DNA of 64,000 nt from Vicugna vicugna. Its lineage: Eukaryota. The notes beneath the pieces are model-generated. The model was not told where the DNA came from and searched no databases. It saw only the letters and a list, made by a program, of their open reading frames with translations. The position numbers and the translations under genes are program-made. Position 1 is the first letter of the stretch; every line of letters begins with the position of its first letter. The stretch spans positions 496,001 through 560,000 of the forward strand of contig MU058714.1 in assembly GCA_013265495.1 (NCBI GenBank), given 5' to 3'. Positions 62,920 to 64,000 of this stretch are shown here, piece after piece.

Positions 62920-64000
62920 CTGCTACTTCCCAAAAGAGAAAATGAGTAAGTTTTTAACCCATCAGTTGAACTGAGGATAATTTATGTGGAGACTTATGAT
63001 GCACAGAAGTTATCCTGTTCCAGTGCACAGTTTGGTTCAGCAAATGGACAGAGGCAAGTGAGCATCGTGCACTCAAGGTCTCAGATGTTCCCTGCGTCCC
63101 CAAAAGTCAGCGCGTCTCCCCACCGCCAGCCCCCAGCAGAGCCTGCCCTGCTGTCCGTCCCTGTAGGCTTGTCATTTCCTGAATGTCTTGCACATGAAGT
63201 CACACGACACGTGTGACTTCCTTGCCTGGCACTTTGCGCTTCATATGACGCTTTGAGTCGTCCTCATGTTGCCAGATCAATAGCTTATTTGTTCTCACTG
63301 CCCTTGCTGGCGACGGTACATCGGCAACCGGTTGTTTCCAGTTTGGGGCCGGCATGAAAGAGCTGCTGTGCACACTGGACAGGTTTTGGTCTAGACGACG
63401 TTTCCATGGCGTTGCTGGTAAGTGTGTATTTTAGTTTGGAACAAGCTGCCAAAGTGTTTTCCGGAGTGGCTCGTTCCAGTCTGCACTGCCACCACAAGGG
63501 ATGCGAGTCCCCGTCAGCCTCCCCGTCGCCAGCACTTCATGATACTGCCATTTTCGTTTTGGCGCTTCGCAGGTGCGTCTTGGTGTCCCATCGGGACTTC
63601 AGTTTGCGTCTCCCCAGGACTAGCGCCGTCGCGCACCTCTGCGTGCTTGCTTGCCGTCCATAGATCTTCCCCGATTAGCTGTCTTTTGCTCATTTTTAAA
63701 CCAAGTGACTTATCTGTTTGTTGAATTATGAGTTCTCATGTGTTCTGGATACAAGTTCTTTTGTCAGACGTGTATTTTTAAAACATGTTTCTCCCTGTCT
63801 GGCTTGACTTTTCATTTGCTCAGTGGTGTCTTTTGAAGAGCCAGAGTTTTAAATTTTGACAAAGTCCAACTTATTAATTTCTTTCTTTCATAGTTCATGT
63901 TTTTTATTTCATCTCTAAGAAATCTTTGCCTGACCCAGAGTCATAAAGATTTTCTCCTATGTTCTCTGCTGAAGGTTTATAATTTCAGCTCTTCCATTTA
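62920..64000 (-). mobile_element. Old L1M fragment running off the right edge
   Basis: TGTTCTGGATACAAGTTCTTTGTCAGA...GTGTCTTTTGAAGAGCCAGAGTTTTAAATTTTGACAAAGTCCAACTT...CTAAGAAATCTTTGCCTGACCCA. Confidence 0.78.

Overview
Mammalian, GC-rich genomic DNA, most likely from a camelid (alpaca/camel), judged from four copies of a tRNA-derived SINE with a GGGGAGGTAATTAGG-type tail and a matching young L1 3' UTR. The window holds the head-to-head gene pair TBC1D16 and CCDC40. TBC1D16 (minus strand) is represented by a probable non-coding exon 1 at about 41.3 kb and coding exons at 26820-26997 and 23293-23890; its long intron 3 runs off the left edge. CCDC40 (plus strand) is represented by coding exons 1-10, from the ATG at 42280 to 59564, giving 1547 nt of phase-consistent CDS that continues beyond the window. 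The two genes share a CpG-island bidirectional promoter with two RFX X-boxes on the CCDC40 side. The introns contain a 3-kb 5'-truncated L1 with a target-site duplication (TSD), a short L1 3' end with a 14-bp TSD, MaLR/MLT1 solo LTRs, MER DNA-transposon fossils, MIRs, old L1M fragments, a 15-bp minisatellite and two assembly gaps. Almost all other ORFs in the track are spurious products of GC-rich DNA. I found no convincing new multi-gene system. The best leads are regulatory: an overlapping uORF in stronger Kozak context than the TBC1D16 start codon, the X-box pair, CTCF-like sites, candidate intronic enhancers and alternative splice acceptors. Gene identities and repeat family names come from my recollection of the human proteins and repeat consensus sequences, not from a database search.
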